Shown: piece after piece, positions 16,218-25,223 of the stretch | How the letters are laid out: the number at the start of each line of letters is the position of its first letter | How positions within the stretch are numbered: position 1 is the stretch's first letter | Origin: a virus | Virus record (IMG/VR): IMGVR_UViG_3300045988_161588 | Location: 97,338 to 129,337 of that record | Length of the DNA stretch: 32,000 nt | Strand: one strand, 5' to 3' | The notes under the pieces: model-generated | Database searches by the model: none | The model's input: only the letters and a program-made list of their open reading frames with translations | What the model was told of the DNA's origin: nothing | Translations under genes and position numbers: made by a program

Positions 16218-17957
16218 ATGAATTATATGGATTTTGTATTAATTGTGGATAAAAATAATAAACCATGCATACCAATAAAAAATGGTAAAGCAGGTTATTT
16301 ATTAAGAGAACATAAAGCAGAAATTATAAATCACGAGCCATTAGTTATCAAAAGAACTGATGATTATAATTCGGATTTAGAAAATAGAGATATATTTGAA
16401 TTAAAAGTAGATAGTGGATATTTAAATATCGGATTTTCCGTAAGCGATAATGAGCATGAATATATTGCAGGTCAAGTTGAAATGCTAAACGGAATGAGTA
16501 ATAGATTGTTAGAAAGAAAATCTATGCGTAGTTCCAGAAGAAATCGTTTACGTTATAGAAAAAATAAGAACATTGATTATAAAACAGTACATAATCCTAC
16601 ATATAAAAATGGAAATGAAGATGGATGGTTTGCACCGTCTATTGTACATAAAATGGAAACGCATATCAGAATCATTGAGCAATTAAAACAATGGGTCCCA
16701 ATCGATAAAGTTATTGTAGAGGTGGCAAATTTTGACATTGCTGCAATGGATGCATATTTAAAGGACGGAACTATTTTAAATGGAAAAGATTATCAAAATG
16801 GTGAAATGAAAGGATATGAGAATGTTGTATCTTATGTAAGAGCCAGAGATAATTATTCTTGTTACTTTTGCAATAAGAAAAAGAAAAAAGATGGTACACT
16901 AAAAGAGAAACCAAAAAGAATAGAAGTACACCATAAAATTCCAAGATCCTGGGGAGGTACTAATAATCCAGGAAATTTAATTTGCGTATGTCAAGGATGT
17001 CATCAGAAAATACATTCGAATAATAATAACAACAAATATTTTAAAGAATTATTAGAACAAGCTTTACAAGAAAATACATTTAAAGATTCTACATATATGA
17101 ATATTGTTAGATGGGAATTATTAAACAGACTTACTGAAAAATATCCAGAGTTTGATATTGAAGCTGAATATGGTTATAACACAAAAATTAATAGAAAAGA
17201 AGCAGGTTTGAGAAAATTCCATTATAATGATGCAGTTTGTATAAAAGAATTTAAGAATACAACTTTATCTAAAAAAGTATTTATTGTCGAACAAAAGCGT
17301 TGTAATGATAGAAAAATGGAAAATTTTGCAGATGCTAAATATATAGATTCAAGAGATGGTAAAAAGAAAAGTGGAAATGATTTAAAAGTAATTAGGCATA
17401 GTACTAAATCAAAACGTTCTACAAACAAAGAACATATTGATAATGAAAGAGTCTTTAGAAAAGAGAAAGTATCTAAAGGTAAAATACAATTTGAGTGTCA
17501 TTCATATTGCGTAAAACCAGGAGATTTAATATACATAAAAGAAGGTAAACATAAAGGGAAAATTGCAGAAGTTTCTACAATACAGATTGTAGGCGGAAAA
17601 ATTCCTAATCCGATAATTGATATTAATGAGATAAATAATAAAAAAATTGATTTCAACAGAGAGTTGAAAAAAAGAAAAACAATTTCTAATATGACTGATT
17701 ATCAAAAGAGTTTTGCAAAATATCAAATTAGATTTACATATAAAGAATCTGATGCAGATGGACCATCTATAACGCTTACGCAAAAAGAATATGAAAAGCT
17801 TAAAGAAAATAAATCAGATAGAGTAAAAATTATTCGTACCAGACGTGGATTAGTTTGGAGAGAGTACGACAGACTTACATATGAAGCTGAAAATATGGAT
17901 CAGGAAGAAAAGAAGTTAGAAGTAAAAAATAAGAAACAAGAATTAAAAGCTGCATAA
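16218..17957 (+). CDS. iscB: IscB-family RNA-guided nuclease (RuvC/HNH), CRISPR-associated, with extended C-terminus
   Basis: PLMP-like N-terminus (LIVDKNNKPCIPIKNGKAGYLLREHKAEII), RuvC-I (LKVDSGYLNIGFSV), Arg-rich bridge helix (ERKSMRSSRRNRLRYRKNK), RuvC-II (DKVIVEVANFD), HNH (RDNYSCYFCNKK...RIEVHHKIPRSWGGTNNPGNLICVCQGCHQKIH), RuvC-III (HYNDAVCI). ATG 16218 has an aaagga RBS; the track start (16161) extends into the putative RNA. Confidence 0.92.
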   Translation: MNYMDFVLIVDKNNKPCIPIKNGKAGYLLREHKAEIINHEPLVIKRTDDYNSDLENRDIFELKVDSGYLNIGFSVSDNEHEYIAGQVEMLNGMSNRLLERKSMRSSRRNRLRYRKNKNIDYKTVHNPTYKNGNEDGWFAPSIVHKMETHIRIIEQLKQWVPIDKVIVEVANFDIAAMDAYLKDGTILNGKDYQNGEMKGYENVVSYVRARDNYSCYFCNKKKKKDGTLKEKPKRIEVHHKIPRSWGGTNNPGNLICVCQGCHQKIHSNNNNNKYFKELLEQALQENTFKDSTYMNIVRWELLNRLTEKYPEFDIEAEYGYNTKINRKEAGLRKFHYNDAVCIKEFKNTTLSKKVFIVEQKRCNDRKMENFADAKYIDSRDGKKKSGNDLKVIRHSTKSKRSTNKEHIDNERVFRKEKVSKGKIQFECHSYCVKPGDLIYIKEGKHKGKIAEVSTIQIVGGKIPNPIIDINEINNKKIDFNRELKKRKTISNMTDYQKSFAKYQIRFTYKESDADGPSITLTQKEYEKLKENKSDRVKIIRTRRGLVWREYDRLTYEAENMDQEEKKLEVKNKKQELKAA

Positions 17958-17965
17958 AAAAGGAG

Positions 17966-18100
17966 ATGATCATTATAGACTCAGAAGAGAAAAATACTCA
18001 ACAGTCCATTCTGCGTAAACACTTCGAGATGCTGTATCCAGAGAAGCTTAAGGATGATGAATGGATAAGACTGGTTGGAGTAAGGAAAGGTGTTTATTAA
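17966..18100 (+). CDS. 44-aa ORF between iscB and the GIY-YIG gene
   Basis: ATG 17966 preceded by aaaggag: MIIIDSEEKNTQQSILRKHFEMLYPEKLKDDEWIRLVGVRKGVY*; ends 1 nt before the next ATG. Confidence 0.6.
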   Translation: MIIIDSEEKNTQQSILRKHFEMLYPEKLKDDEWIRLVGVRKGVY

Positions 18101-18101
18101 A

Positions 18102-19409
18102 ATGGGAAATTATGTTTATAAATATGTCTATGATAATGAAATTATTTATATTGGTAAAAATGATACTGATCTTACTTCTAGGTTAAATCGACATGGAAAA
18201 CCTGGTGATAATATTCCAGAAGAAGGTTGGGATGAAATAAATAATTCAGACATTTTTTATTGTGAACTAGCTAATAGAATTATGTCAGATGTTGTAGAAA
18301 GTGAATTAATTAGAAGATACAAGCCAAAATACAACAAAGCAAAAACTTCAGAATGGTCCGGATTAGAATTTGTGGAGCCAAAATGGGAAAAATACAACAA
18401 AGAAAAATTATCTAACAAAAGGGATACTGAATATAAGTTTTATGAAGATCAGATAGAAACAGACTATGATAGAACAATGCGAATTATAAACGGTGGAAAG
18501 GAAACATTAACAAACGAAATTAATCTTCTTATAGACAAAATGTATAACTTAAGAAGAGAAATAAGATTTCTAAAAGATATAAAAAAAGAAAACTTTGTAA
18601 TGAAAAAAATAAGAGTGGAACGAAGATATTCCTATGAAGAAATGATTAATTTCTACCAATATTTAAATTGTGATTCAAATGTGAAATTTACATCAACTGT
18701 TCAAAATGAAAATGGAAATACGTTATGTCATGTTGAATTTTGGTGTGAAAATAAAACAGTTAAATGTAAGTTAGAATATTATGACGAAGACAAAAAAGAT
18801 TATGTAACTGATATTAAGTTGGTTTGTGAAGATGAATATATACGCGGTGTGGTTTATTTTAATGGCAGCATTCAGTCTACATATGGATTAGTCGCAGAAA
18901 CAAACAATCATTATTATATAAATGATGTAATTGTATTATCTAATTATAAAAAATTAAATATAGAGAAAGAAAAATTAATAGAAGATATAAATACTGCTAT
19001 TAAAATTGATTGTCATTGTGGAAGGAATATATCATATAAAGAATTTATAGAAAATATTGATTTTTATCAAAAATATTATTGGAGTTTTTCTTTTTCAATG
19101 CACAACAATCAAGTTCAGTATGATTTTTGTTCTTATAAAGAAAGGGATGGATGGAGGTTTAATCATAATCTTATTTGTATAAAGAAAGAAAAAAATCTTT
19201 TGTGTAATGGGGAAACTATTGCGGTCGAATATGAAGAAGTAGATGTATTAGATAATTATAAAGAATTTAAATTTGACGTAACTTATAGATTAAAAAGCAA
19301 TATTGAATATTATAAGAAAAATTTAGAAGCAATAAATCATAATATAAGAAATATGGAAATTCAATATCCATCTTTATTTGTAGACAGATATGATTATAGT
19401 CCGCTATAA
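18102..19409 (+). CDS. GIY-YIG nuclease-domain protein with long C-terminal region
   Basis: N-terminus YVYKYVYDNEIIYIGKNDTDLTSRLNRHGKPGDN...VVESELIRRYKPKYNKAKT fits the GIY-YIG fold signature (degenerate YxY...YIG, R, H, E). ATG 18102 preferred. Confidence 0.75.
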   Translation: MGNYVYKYVYDNEIIYIGKNDTDLTSRLNRHGKPGDNIPEEGWDEINNSDIFYCELANRIMSDVVESELIRRYKPKYNKAKTSEWSGLEFVEPKWEKYNKEKLSNKRDTEYKFYEDQIETDYDRTMRIINGGKETLTNEINLLIDKMYNLRREIRFLKDIKKENFVMKKIRVERRYSYEEMINFYQYLNCDSNVKFTSTVQNENGNTLCHVEFWCENKTVKCKLEYYDEDKKDYVTDIKLVCEDEYIRGVVYFNGSIQSTYGLVAETNNHYYINDVIVLSNYKKLNIEKEKLIEDINTAIKIDCHCGRNISYKEFIENIDFYQKYYWSFSFSMHNNQVQYDFCSYKERDGWRFNHNLICIKKEKNLLCNGETIAVEYEEVDVLDNYKEFKFDVTYRLKSNIEYYKKNLEAINHNIRNMEIQYPSLFVDRYDYSPL

Positions 19410-19442
19410 AACAACAGTTTTATGGGGAAAATGACCCTCGTG

Positions 19443-19465
19443 AATCCCTTATTTTTAAAGGGATT
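19443..19465 (+). terminator. Perfect 8-bp hairpin, possible terminator or regulatory hairpin
   Basis: AATCCCTT-attttta-AAGGGATT after the GIY-YIG gene; no downstream T run. Confidence 0.35.
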
Positions 19466-19507
19466 GCGAAAATGGAATTTTGAGAAAATTCATAAAAAGG
19501 AGAAAAA

Positions 19508-20008
19508 ATGTTACTTGCTATTATATTAACAATTATTTTTACAGTATCATTTAGGTTTTGCTTAAATGAAACAGAAATATCAGATCGAATTGTAGTATTT
19601 AGCTTTAGCTATTTTGTATTATTTATTATAGGTATTTCTATTTTTATGATTATAGGAAATTCTGTCTTTTCTGGAACTGCTAATCAAGAAATGATTACAA
19701 AAGAAGAATCTATTGTGTCGTTTATAGACAATAAGGATAATCCAGTTTACGTTAAATATTCATTTAAGTGGAATGGTGGAAGTACATATAGATATGTAGA
19801 ACAGAACGGAAAATATCTTGAGTATAAAGAAATCCCAATTAGTGCAGACGTAAATATAGTAGAAGGAAATTATGAACCGGTGTTAATTACTCATAGTTAT
19901 AAAGCAAATAAAAATTGTGATCTATTATTTGGTCAAACTGCAAATAAGTTTACACATGATACTTGGTATGAATTTTATATACCGGAGGGGACTTTTATTA
20001 CATATTAA
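19508..20008 (+). CDS. Membrane protein
   Basis: 166 aa, two N-terminal hydrophobic segments. Confidence 0.7.
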   Translation: MLLAIILTIIFTVSFRFCLNETEISDRIVVFSFSYFVLFIIGISIFMIIGNSVFSGTANQEMITKEESIVSFIDNKDNPVYVKYSFKWNGGSTYRYVEQNGKYLEYKEIPISADVNIVEGNYEPVLITHSYKANKNCDLLFGQTANKFTHDTWYEFYIPEGTFITY

Positions 20009-20490
20009 TGGAGGATAAGAAAATGTTATATTGGCTTAAACATCGTGATTATAGAACGATTAATTATACAGAAGATTTGGATGAAGCATATAAATTTTGT
20101 GCAACGCATCCTGGATATGAGATTATAGTAGCTGAAAAGTTAAAAAAAGACATTGATTATAATGAAACTGAGTTTATTTATAGATATATTGTTTCTTTTA
20201 ATTTATCAATGGATGAAAAGTCTTATGTCATGATAAAACACTTAGAGAATGAATCAGAATTTAATTATTGTAATTGTTATACTAAAAATTTTGAATTCCA
20301 TGATTCAGTAGGTGCTTATAGAGAAGGACGGCGTGTCTACTTCAATATTTTTATTGGAGAAAGAAATTATAGCATTGCTTGTAAAATTGCTGAAGAATAT
20401 TTAAATAAATTAATTAATATGGGCAATGGAAAAGTTACAAAAGAAAACATTGAGTTGATGAATGAAGAATTACGAATTGCTAAAAAATAA
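20008..20490 (+). CDS. Hypothetical protein
   Basis: 160-aa ORF overlapping the previous stop. Confidence 0.65.
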   Translation: MEDKKMLYWLKHRDYRTINYTEDLDEAYKFCATHPGYEIIVAEKLKKDIDYNETEFIYRYIVSFNLSMDEKSYVMIKHLENESEFNYCNCYTKNFEFHDSVGAYREGRRVYFNIFIGERNYSIACKIAEEYLNKLINMGNGKVTKENIELMNEELRIAKK

Positions 20491-20669
20491 AGTATTTATA
20501 TAAGGTTAGATATTTTGAAGATGCAATTCGCAAATCGAAAGTTTATATAAAAAATAAAGAAAACGATTTACAGAAATTAAAAGAAGAATATGAAAAAGAA
20601 ATTGGAAGTAAATAATAGCTGAAAAGCATTATAAAAGATATATAAATAAAAAAAGGAGAAAAGATAATT

Positions 20670-21275
20670 ATGATGAACAATTTTTTAAACGGTATGTTTG
20701 GTAAAGTAGGTAACGGAATGTGCAGACTTTCTATGAGTGGCGGTATTGCAGTAAAAACATCTAATGGTTATAAAAGTTATAATGTGAAGACTGGTAGACT
20801 TACAAATTGTGACAATTTTGCATTTGATATTGGACAGGATTTCTTCTTTATTATTCCAACAAACAAAGTTAGTGCAGGTGATATTATATTTGCAAATGGA
20901 AAGCCTAAATGTGTTATTAAAGTAGAGAAGAATATGATTACTGCAATCAATTATGAAGATTCTACTGTAGAGAATATTATTCCAGAGCGACACGTATTCA
21001 TGGGAAATACATATTTTTATGGAAAGATTGTTTCTTTACTTGGAAGTAATATTACTAAGGGAAAAAACGGAATGAACAATATTTTCAAATATATGATGCT
21101 ATCTCAGATGATGAATGGAAATGGTTCTACCGGAACAGCGAACAATATAAACTCAATGCTTCCGTTTATGATGATGGGCGGTAATATGGGTGATATGTTT
21201 GATGGTATGTTTGATTTTGATGAAGTAGACGATACTAATGAATTTAATGAAGTAGATACAGAGGAGGAAGAATAA
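20670..21275 (+). CDS. Hypothetical protein, partner of the vWA gene
   Basis: 201 aa with Met/Gly-rich and acidic C-terminus (MLPFMMMGGNMGDMFDGMFDFDEVDD); aaaggag upstream; 2 nt from the next gene. Confidence 0.75.
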   Translation: MMNNFLNGMFGKVGNGMCRLSMSGGIAVKTSNGYKSYNVKTGRLTNCDNFAFDIGQDFFFIIPTNKVSAGDIIFANGKPKCVIKVEKNMITAINYEDSTVENIIPERHVFMGNTYFYGKIVSLLGSNITKGKNGMNNIFKYMMLSQMMNGNGSTGTANNINSMLPFMMMGGNMGDMFDGMFDFDEVDDTNEFNEVDTEEEE

Positions 21276-21277
21276 TT

Positions 21278-22180
21278 ATGGGATGGGGAGAATGGGATAC
21301 AAATAGTTTTATAAGATATTCAACATCAAAGGGATTAGCGACAGATTCATTAGGGTTTGTTACTTCAAGTGTTTCTAATCAGGAAATGTTTAAGGCAAGA
21401 TCTCTTGATCCAGTACTTGATCCAAACAATGTTATTAGAGAATGTTGCGATTCAGAAGATCATCCAAATACATTACCAGTTGTGATTGCACTTGATGTAA
21501 CTGGATCTATGGGGCAAGCTGCAGTTGAGGTAGCAAAAAAACTTAATGGAATTATGACAAAACTTTATGAAAAAATTGCAGATGTTGAATTTATGATTAT
21601 GGGTATTGGAGATTTATCATATGATTATAATCCAATTCAAGCATCTCAATTTGAATCAGATATAAGGATTGCAGAGCAACTTGATAAAATTTACTTTGAA
21701 TTTGGCGGTGGTGGAAATGGATTTGAGTCATATAGTGCTGCATGGTATTTTGGAACTCATCACACTAAACTTGATTGCTGGAATCGTGGTAAACGAGGAA
21801 TTATTATTACAATCGGTGACGAGAGATTGAATCCTTATCTTCCAATCCGAAGTAGATGTTCTGGTTTAATTGCAACACTTGGAGATAATTTAGAAAAAGA
21901 TGTGGAAACTCCAGAGCTATTTGAAGAAGCTTCTAAGAAATTCGACATTTATCATATTCATGTAAATCATGGTAGTAACTATGACAAAGAAGGTATTGAA
22001 AAATCCTTTAAGTCTATTATTGAAGAAAATCATTTCAAAGAAGCGACTTTAGATAATATTGCAGAGACTATTGTAAATATTATTGTTGATGCAGCTGAGA
22101 ACGATGTTAATACAATTATAACACCTGCGACAACACCTACTCAGGTAAGTACAAATGAGAATGGTGAAATTGTTTGGTAA
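21278..22180 (+). CDS. vWA-domain protein
   Basis: MIDAS-like PVVIALDVTGSMGQAAVEVAKKL and a vWA-like flow through GKRGIIITIGDERL. Confidence 0.8.
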   Translation: MGWGEWDTNSFIRYSTSKGLATDSLGFVTSSVSNQEMFKARSLDPVLDPNNVIRECCDSEDHPNTLPVVIALDVTGSMGQAAVEVAKKLNGIMTKLYEKIADVEFMIMGIGDLSYDYNPIQASQFESDIRIAEQLDKIYFEFGGGGNGFESYSAAWYFGTHHTKLDCWNRGKRGIIITIGDERLNPYLPIRSRCSGLIATLGDNLEKDVETPELFEEASKKFDIYHIHVNHGSNYDKEGIEKSFKSIIEENHFKEATLDNIAETIVNIIVDAAENDVNTIITPATTPTQVSTNENGEIVW

Positions 22181-22202
22181 AATAGAATAGGAGATAAAAA
22201 CG

Positions 22203-23306
22203 ATGAAAGACATTAAGATTGTGGCTGGAGCAAACTGGGGAGACGAAGGAAAAGGACTAATGACTGATTACTTTTCACAGAAACCTAATAGTATTGTAGT
22301 ATGTTCTAATGGTGGAAGTCAAAGAGGACATACTGTGGTAACACCGGACGGAATCAGACATGTCTTTCATCATTTTGGTTCTGGAACTTTTAATGGTGCT
22401 GCTACATATTTACCAAAAGAATTTATTGTAAATCCACTTATTTTTGCTCAAGAATATAAAGAACTGATAAACAATAAGGTTGTTCCTAATATTTACGTTC
22501 ATAATGATTGTATGGTTTCGACTCCGTATGATATGATGGCAAACCAGGTCATCGAAGAGAGTCGTGGAAAACAAAAGCATGGCAGTTGTGGATTTGGAAT
22601 TTTTGAAACCATTAAGAGATATAAAAATGGTATAACCGATTTTGATAAAATAAAGAACTATTATCTTGAAAAATTTGAACGAGATAAAATTCTACTATCG
22701 GACGATTGGAAAAGAATATTTAATGATCCAGGAATAAATGATCATTTTATAGAAGATTTGGATTTTATGAATGAACACATTAAATCAATTAGAGATGAAA
22801 GCTTTCTAAATATGTTTGATCATATTATTTTTGAAGCCGCTCAAGGATTACTACTCGATCAGAATAATCTAAAATATTTCCCATATCTTACGCCATCTAA
22901 TACAGGTCTGAAAAATCCCAAAGAAATTATTGAAAGAATTGATTGGTATGATGAATTGAATATAGAAGTATGTTATGTGACACGTACATATTTAACTAGG
23001 CATGGTGCCGGTCCGTTTCCAACTGAGTGCGATAAAAACGAAATTAATTCTGAAATGCACGATAATACAAATGTACCTAATCCTCATCAGGATACTTTGA
23101 GGTATGGAAAACTGGATTTGGATGAACTATATCGGAGAATTACAGCAGATGTGGGAGATTTTGAGTGTAAAAAATCCATTGCTCTTACGCATTGTAATGA
23201 ATTTAGAATGGATGAAGATAAGTTTGAGAAGTTATTTTTAGGATGGAATATTTATAAATCAGATGGTGAAACACATAATAGTGTAAAGGAGACAAGCCGA
23301 GCATAG
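22203..23306 (+). CDS. Adenylosuccinate synthetase (PurA/PurZ superfamily) homologue
   Basis: VAGANWGDEGKGLMTDYF (P-loop-like motif with catalytic Asp retained), SNGGSQRGHTVV, VTRTYLTRHGAGPFPTE. Confidence 0.88.
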   Translation: MKDIKIVAGANWGDEGKGLMTDYFSQKPNSIVVCSNGGSQRGHTVVTPDGIRHVFHHFGSGTFNGAATYLPKEFIVNPLIFAQEYKELINNKVVPNIYVHNDCMVSTPYDMMANQVIEESRGKQKHGSCGFGIFETIKRYKNGITDFDKIKNYYLEKFERDKILLSDDWKRIFNDPGINDHFIEDLDFMNEHIKSIRDESFLNMFDHIIFEAAQGLLLDQNNLKYFPYLTPSNTGLKNPKEIIERIDWYDELNIEVCYVTRTYLTRHGAGPFPTECDKNEINSEMHDNTNVPNPHQDTLRYGKLDLDELYRRITADVGDFECKKSIALTHCNEFRMDEDKFEKLFLGWNIYKSDGETHNSVKETSRA

Positions 23307-23525
23307 CAGTGATATTGAATTCGAATTTCATAAAGCAGTAGATGATTACATGGCATTTTGTAAAGAAGTTGGAAAAAAGAGAATTAAAAATTGTCCTGGT
23401 ATTGCAATACAGTGTCGTGGAAAAATTGTAATGGCAGAACCACATCCGAGGTTCACAGGAGCTTGGAGATATGAACTAAATGGTGAAACTTGGGTTTGTA
23501 GTAATTGGGCGTTTGAAGAGGGTTA

Positions 23526-23810
23526 TTGATGGATATTTTTAATGATAAGAATGTATATGTTTACACAGAAAATGACACAGTGTTTATTTTTCCTAAAGGT
23601 CAAGATAAGCCGGTGAAAATTTGTTATGAAGATCCTAATAGACGAATTGTTGCAAACAATGATGGCTCTATAACAATTGAAGATACAGTATCATTGGAAT
23701 GGCTTACAAATCATATTGTCAATAAGGAAGATTATGAAAAAATAGAAAATGCTTTAAAAGAAGCTATAAGTAAAACAAAGTTTACTGTGTATGAAGTACA
23801 AGTACGATAA
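23526..23810 (+). CDS. Hypothetical protein
   Basis: 94-aa ORF; likely ATG at 23529. Confidence 0.65.
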   Translation: MMDIFNDKNVYVYTENDTVFIFPKGQDKPVKICYEDPNRRIVANNDGSITIEDTVSLEWLTNHIVNKEDYEKIENALKEAISKTKFTVYEVQVR

Positions 23811-23828
23811 AAGATATGTTTTACGGAA

Positions 23829-24161
23829 GTGTATATACATATGGTTAAATTACAAAATATGGGGGTAAAAATGGGCTGTACAGATATCAGTTATAAAATT
23901 ATGTGCCAACGCTTTGATAAGCTGATTTATAGTCGAAAGGATATTGATTTGTCGGCTGATATAAAAGAGTTGGAAAACAGAATCCAAAGTAAAGAACATA
24001 CACCGGAATATTATTTTAACGCCGGAGTGATCGCCAGAGGATATCTGGATGAGATTCATGAGAACGGTGACGCAGTTAATGCTTACATTGGTGGATTAAA
24101 TCAATTCTGTTGGCTAATTGGTTTAGATAATGAAGAGGATGATAATGATGAGAATAACTAA
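23829..24161 (+). CDS. Hypothetical protein
   Basis: 110-aa ORF; internal start MGCTDISYKIM... also plausible. Confidence 0.6.
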   Translation: MYIHMVKLQNMGVKMGCTDISYKIMCQRFDKLIYSRKDIDLSADIKELENRIQSKEHTPEYYFNAGVIARGYLDEIHENGDAVNAYIGGLNQFCWLIGLDNEEDDNDENN

Positions 24162-24480
24162 ATTTCCAGATAAATGTGATCCAAATAAAATAATGATGGA
24201 TACAATTATAAAAAGAAATAGTGTGTGTCCATGCTGTGGAGAGAATAGACTTTGTACAGTTAAAGATGAACTAGATGCGATAAAAGAACATAAAAAATTA
24301 TCCGGCATAAGACAATTTTATGGTATTCGCCATCGAAGATTAGGATTTCAAAAGCCTTGGTATAAACATATTTTTCAAGGAGAGAAATGGTGGAATTCAT
24401 TAAGTTTTAAATGTGAAACTTGCGGAGCAGAATGGGAATCGGAAGAGTTTCCGGATATTGAATGTTGTATTGAGGAATAA
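24130..24480 (+). CDS. Zinc-ribbon hypothetical protein
   Basis: CPCCGENRLC...CETCGAEWE; true start probably slightly downstream. Confidence 0.6.
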   Translation: MKRMIMMRITKFPDKCDPNKIMMDTIIKRNSVCPCCGENRLCTVKDELDAIKEHKKLSGIRQFYGIRHRRLGFQKPWYKHIFQGEKWWNSLSFKCETCGAEWESEEFPDIECCIEE

Positions 24481-24481
24481 G

Positions 24482-24844
24482 ATGGATAAGATTATATATT
24501 TTGAACTAAATAATTGGATTCCTGGAATATTCTATCCAGACGATGAACCGTTTAGATTATGGATGAAAAATGATTTACAAATCAAATTTGATGATGAGAC
24601 TTGGGTAAAGAAAAGCAGATTATGTGTAGTTAGAGAATTAATTGATATGTCTTCAAATTATTGTATTACTGCTACACGAGAATGGGTCGTGAATAATTGT
24701 CCAAAACTGCTTACTGATTATGCAGAGTTTATTAGATATAAAGAAGATGATGGTAAGGTATATGGACGGTTTGGGACGGAATTTAAAGAATACAGAGAAG
24801 AAAATATTGGTATATGGGATTTGGAGGAAAACTATGAGCGATAA
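24482..24844 (+). CDS. Hypothetical protein
   Basis: ATG 24482: MDKIIYFELNNWIPGIFYPDDEPF.... Confidence 0.65.
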   Translation: MDKIIYFELNNWIPGIFYPDDEPFRLWMKNDLQIKFDDETWVKKSRLCVVRELIDMSSNYCITATREWVVNNCPKLLTDYAEFIRYKEDDGKVYGRFGTEFKEYREENIGIWDLEENYER

Positions 24845-25211
24845 AAATTTTTTGGTTGAAGATACTGTTTGGTTTTATATTAGAAAACACGATTTTATGT
24901 CTAAGGGAATTATAAAAGAAATATTTATTTTAGATGAAATTCCTTTTGCACTTATTAGAAATGGACATATGGAAACTAAAATGCCTATTTCTCAAATATT
25001 TCATGACGATCTTGAACTTATTGCTTGGATTGAAAAAGAAGAGAAAGCAAATGTAAAACGCATAAAAGATAATATTCATGATGCGAAAGAGCTGGTTGAA
25101 CTTATGTATTCTGTAATTGAAGACTGTGAATTCATGCCAGTAGCAGATTTAAATGATAAGAAGATTGCTATTAAAGAAAGAGCAAAAGAAATTTTTGATG
25201 TAAAAATTTAA
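24834..25211 (+). CDS. Hypothetical protein
   Basis: ATG 24834 after ggagg: MSDKNFLVEDTVWFYIRKHDFMSKG.... Confidence 0.65.
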   Translation: MSDKNFLVEDTVWFYIRKHDFMSKGIIKEIFILDEIPFALIRNGHMETKMPISQIFHDDLELIAWIEKEEKANVKRIKDNIHDAKELVELMYSVIEDCEFMPVADLNDKKIAIKERAKEIFDVKI

Positions 25212-25223
25212 AGGACATTGATT

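Noticed and set aside
15674-17957. Interpretation as a standard type II CRISPR-Cas9 system
   Set aside because: The protein is ~579 aa, has a PLMP-like N-terminus and no visible REC lobe, and no cas1/cas2/csn2 is present. IscB is the better fit, although the repeat looks type II-like.
19443-19465. Confident intrinsic terminator after the GIY-YIG gene
   Set aside because: The hairpin is perfect but is followed by GCGAAAATGG with no T run, so it is only listed at low confidence.
22203-23306. PurZ (2-aminoadenine genome) assignment
   Set aside because: The Asp in WGDEGKG, replaced in characterised PurZ, is retained, and no datZ/mazZ partner was seen. Kept only as PurA/PurZ-superfamily.
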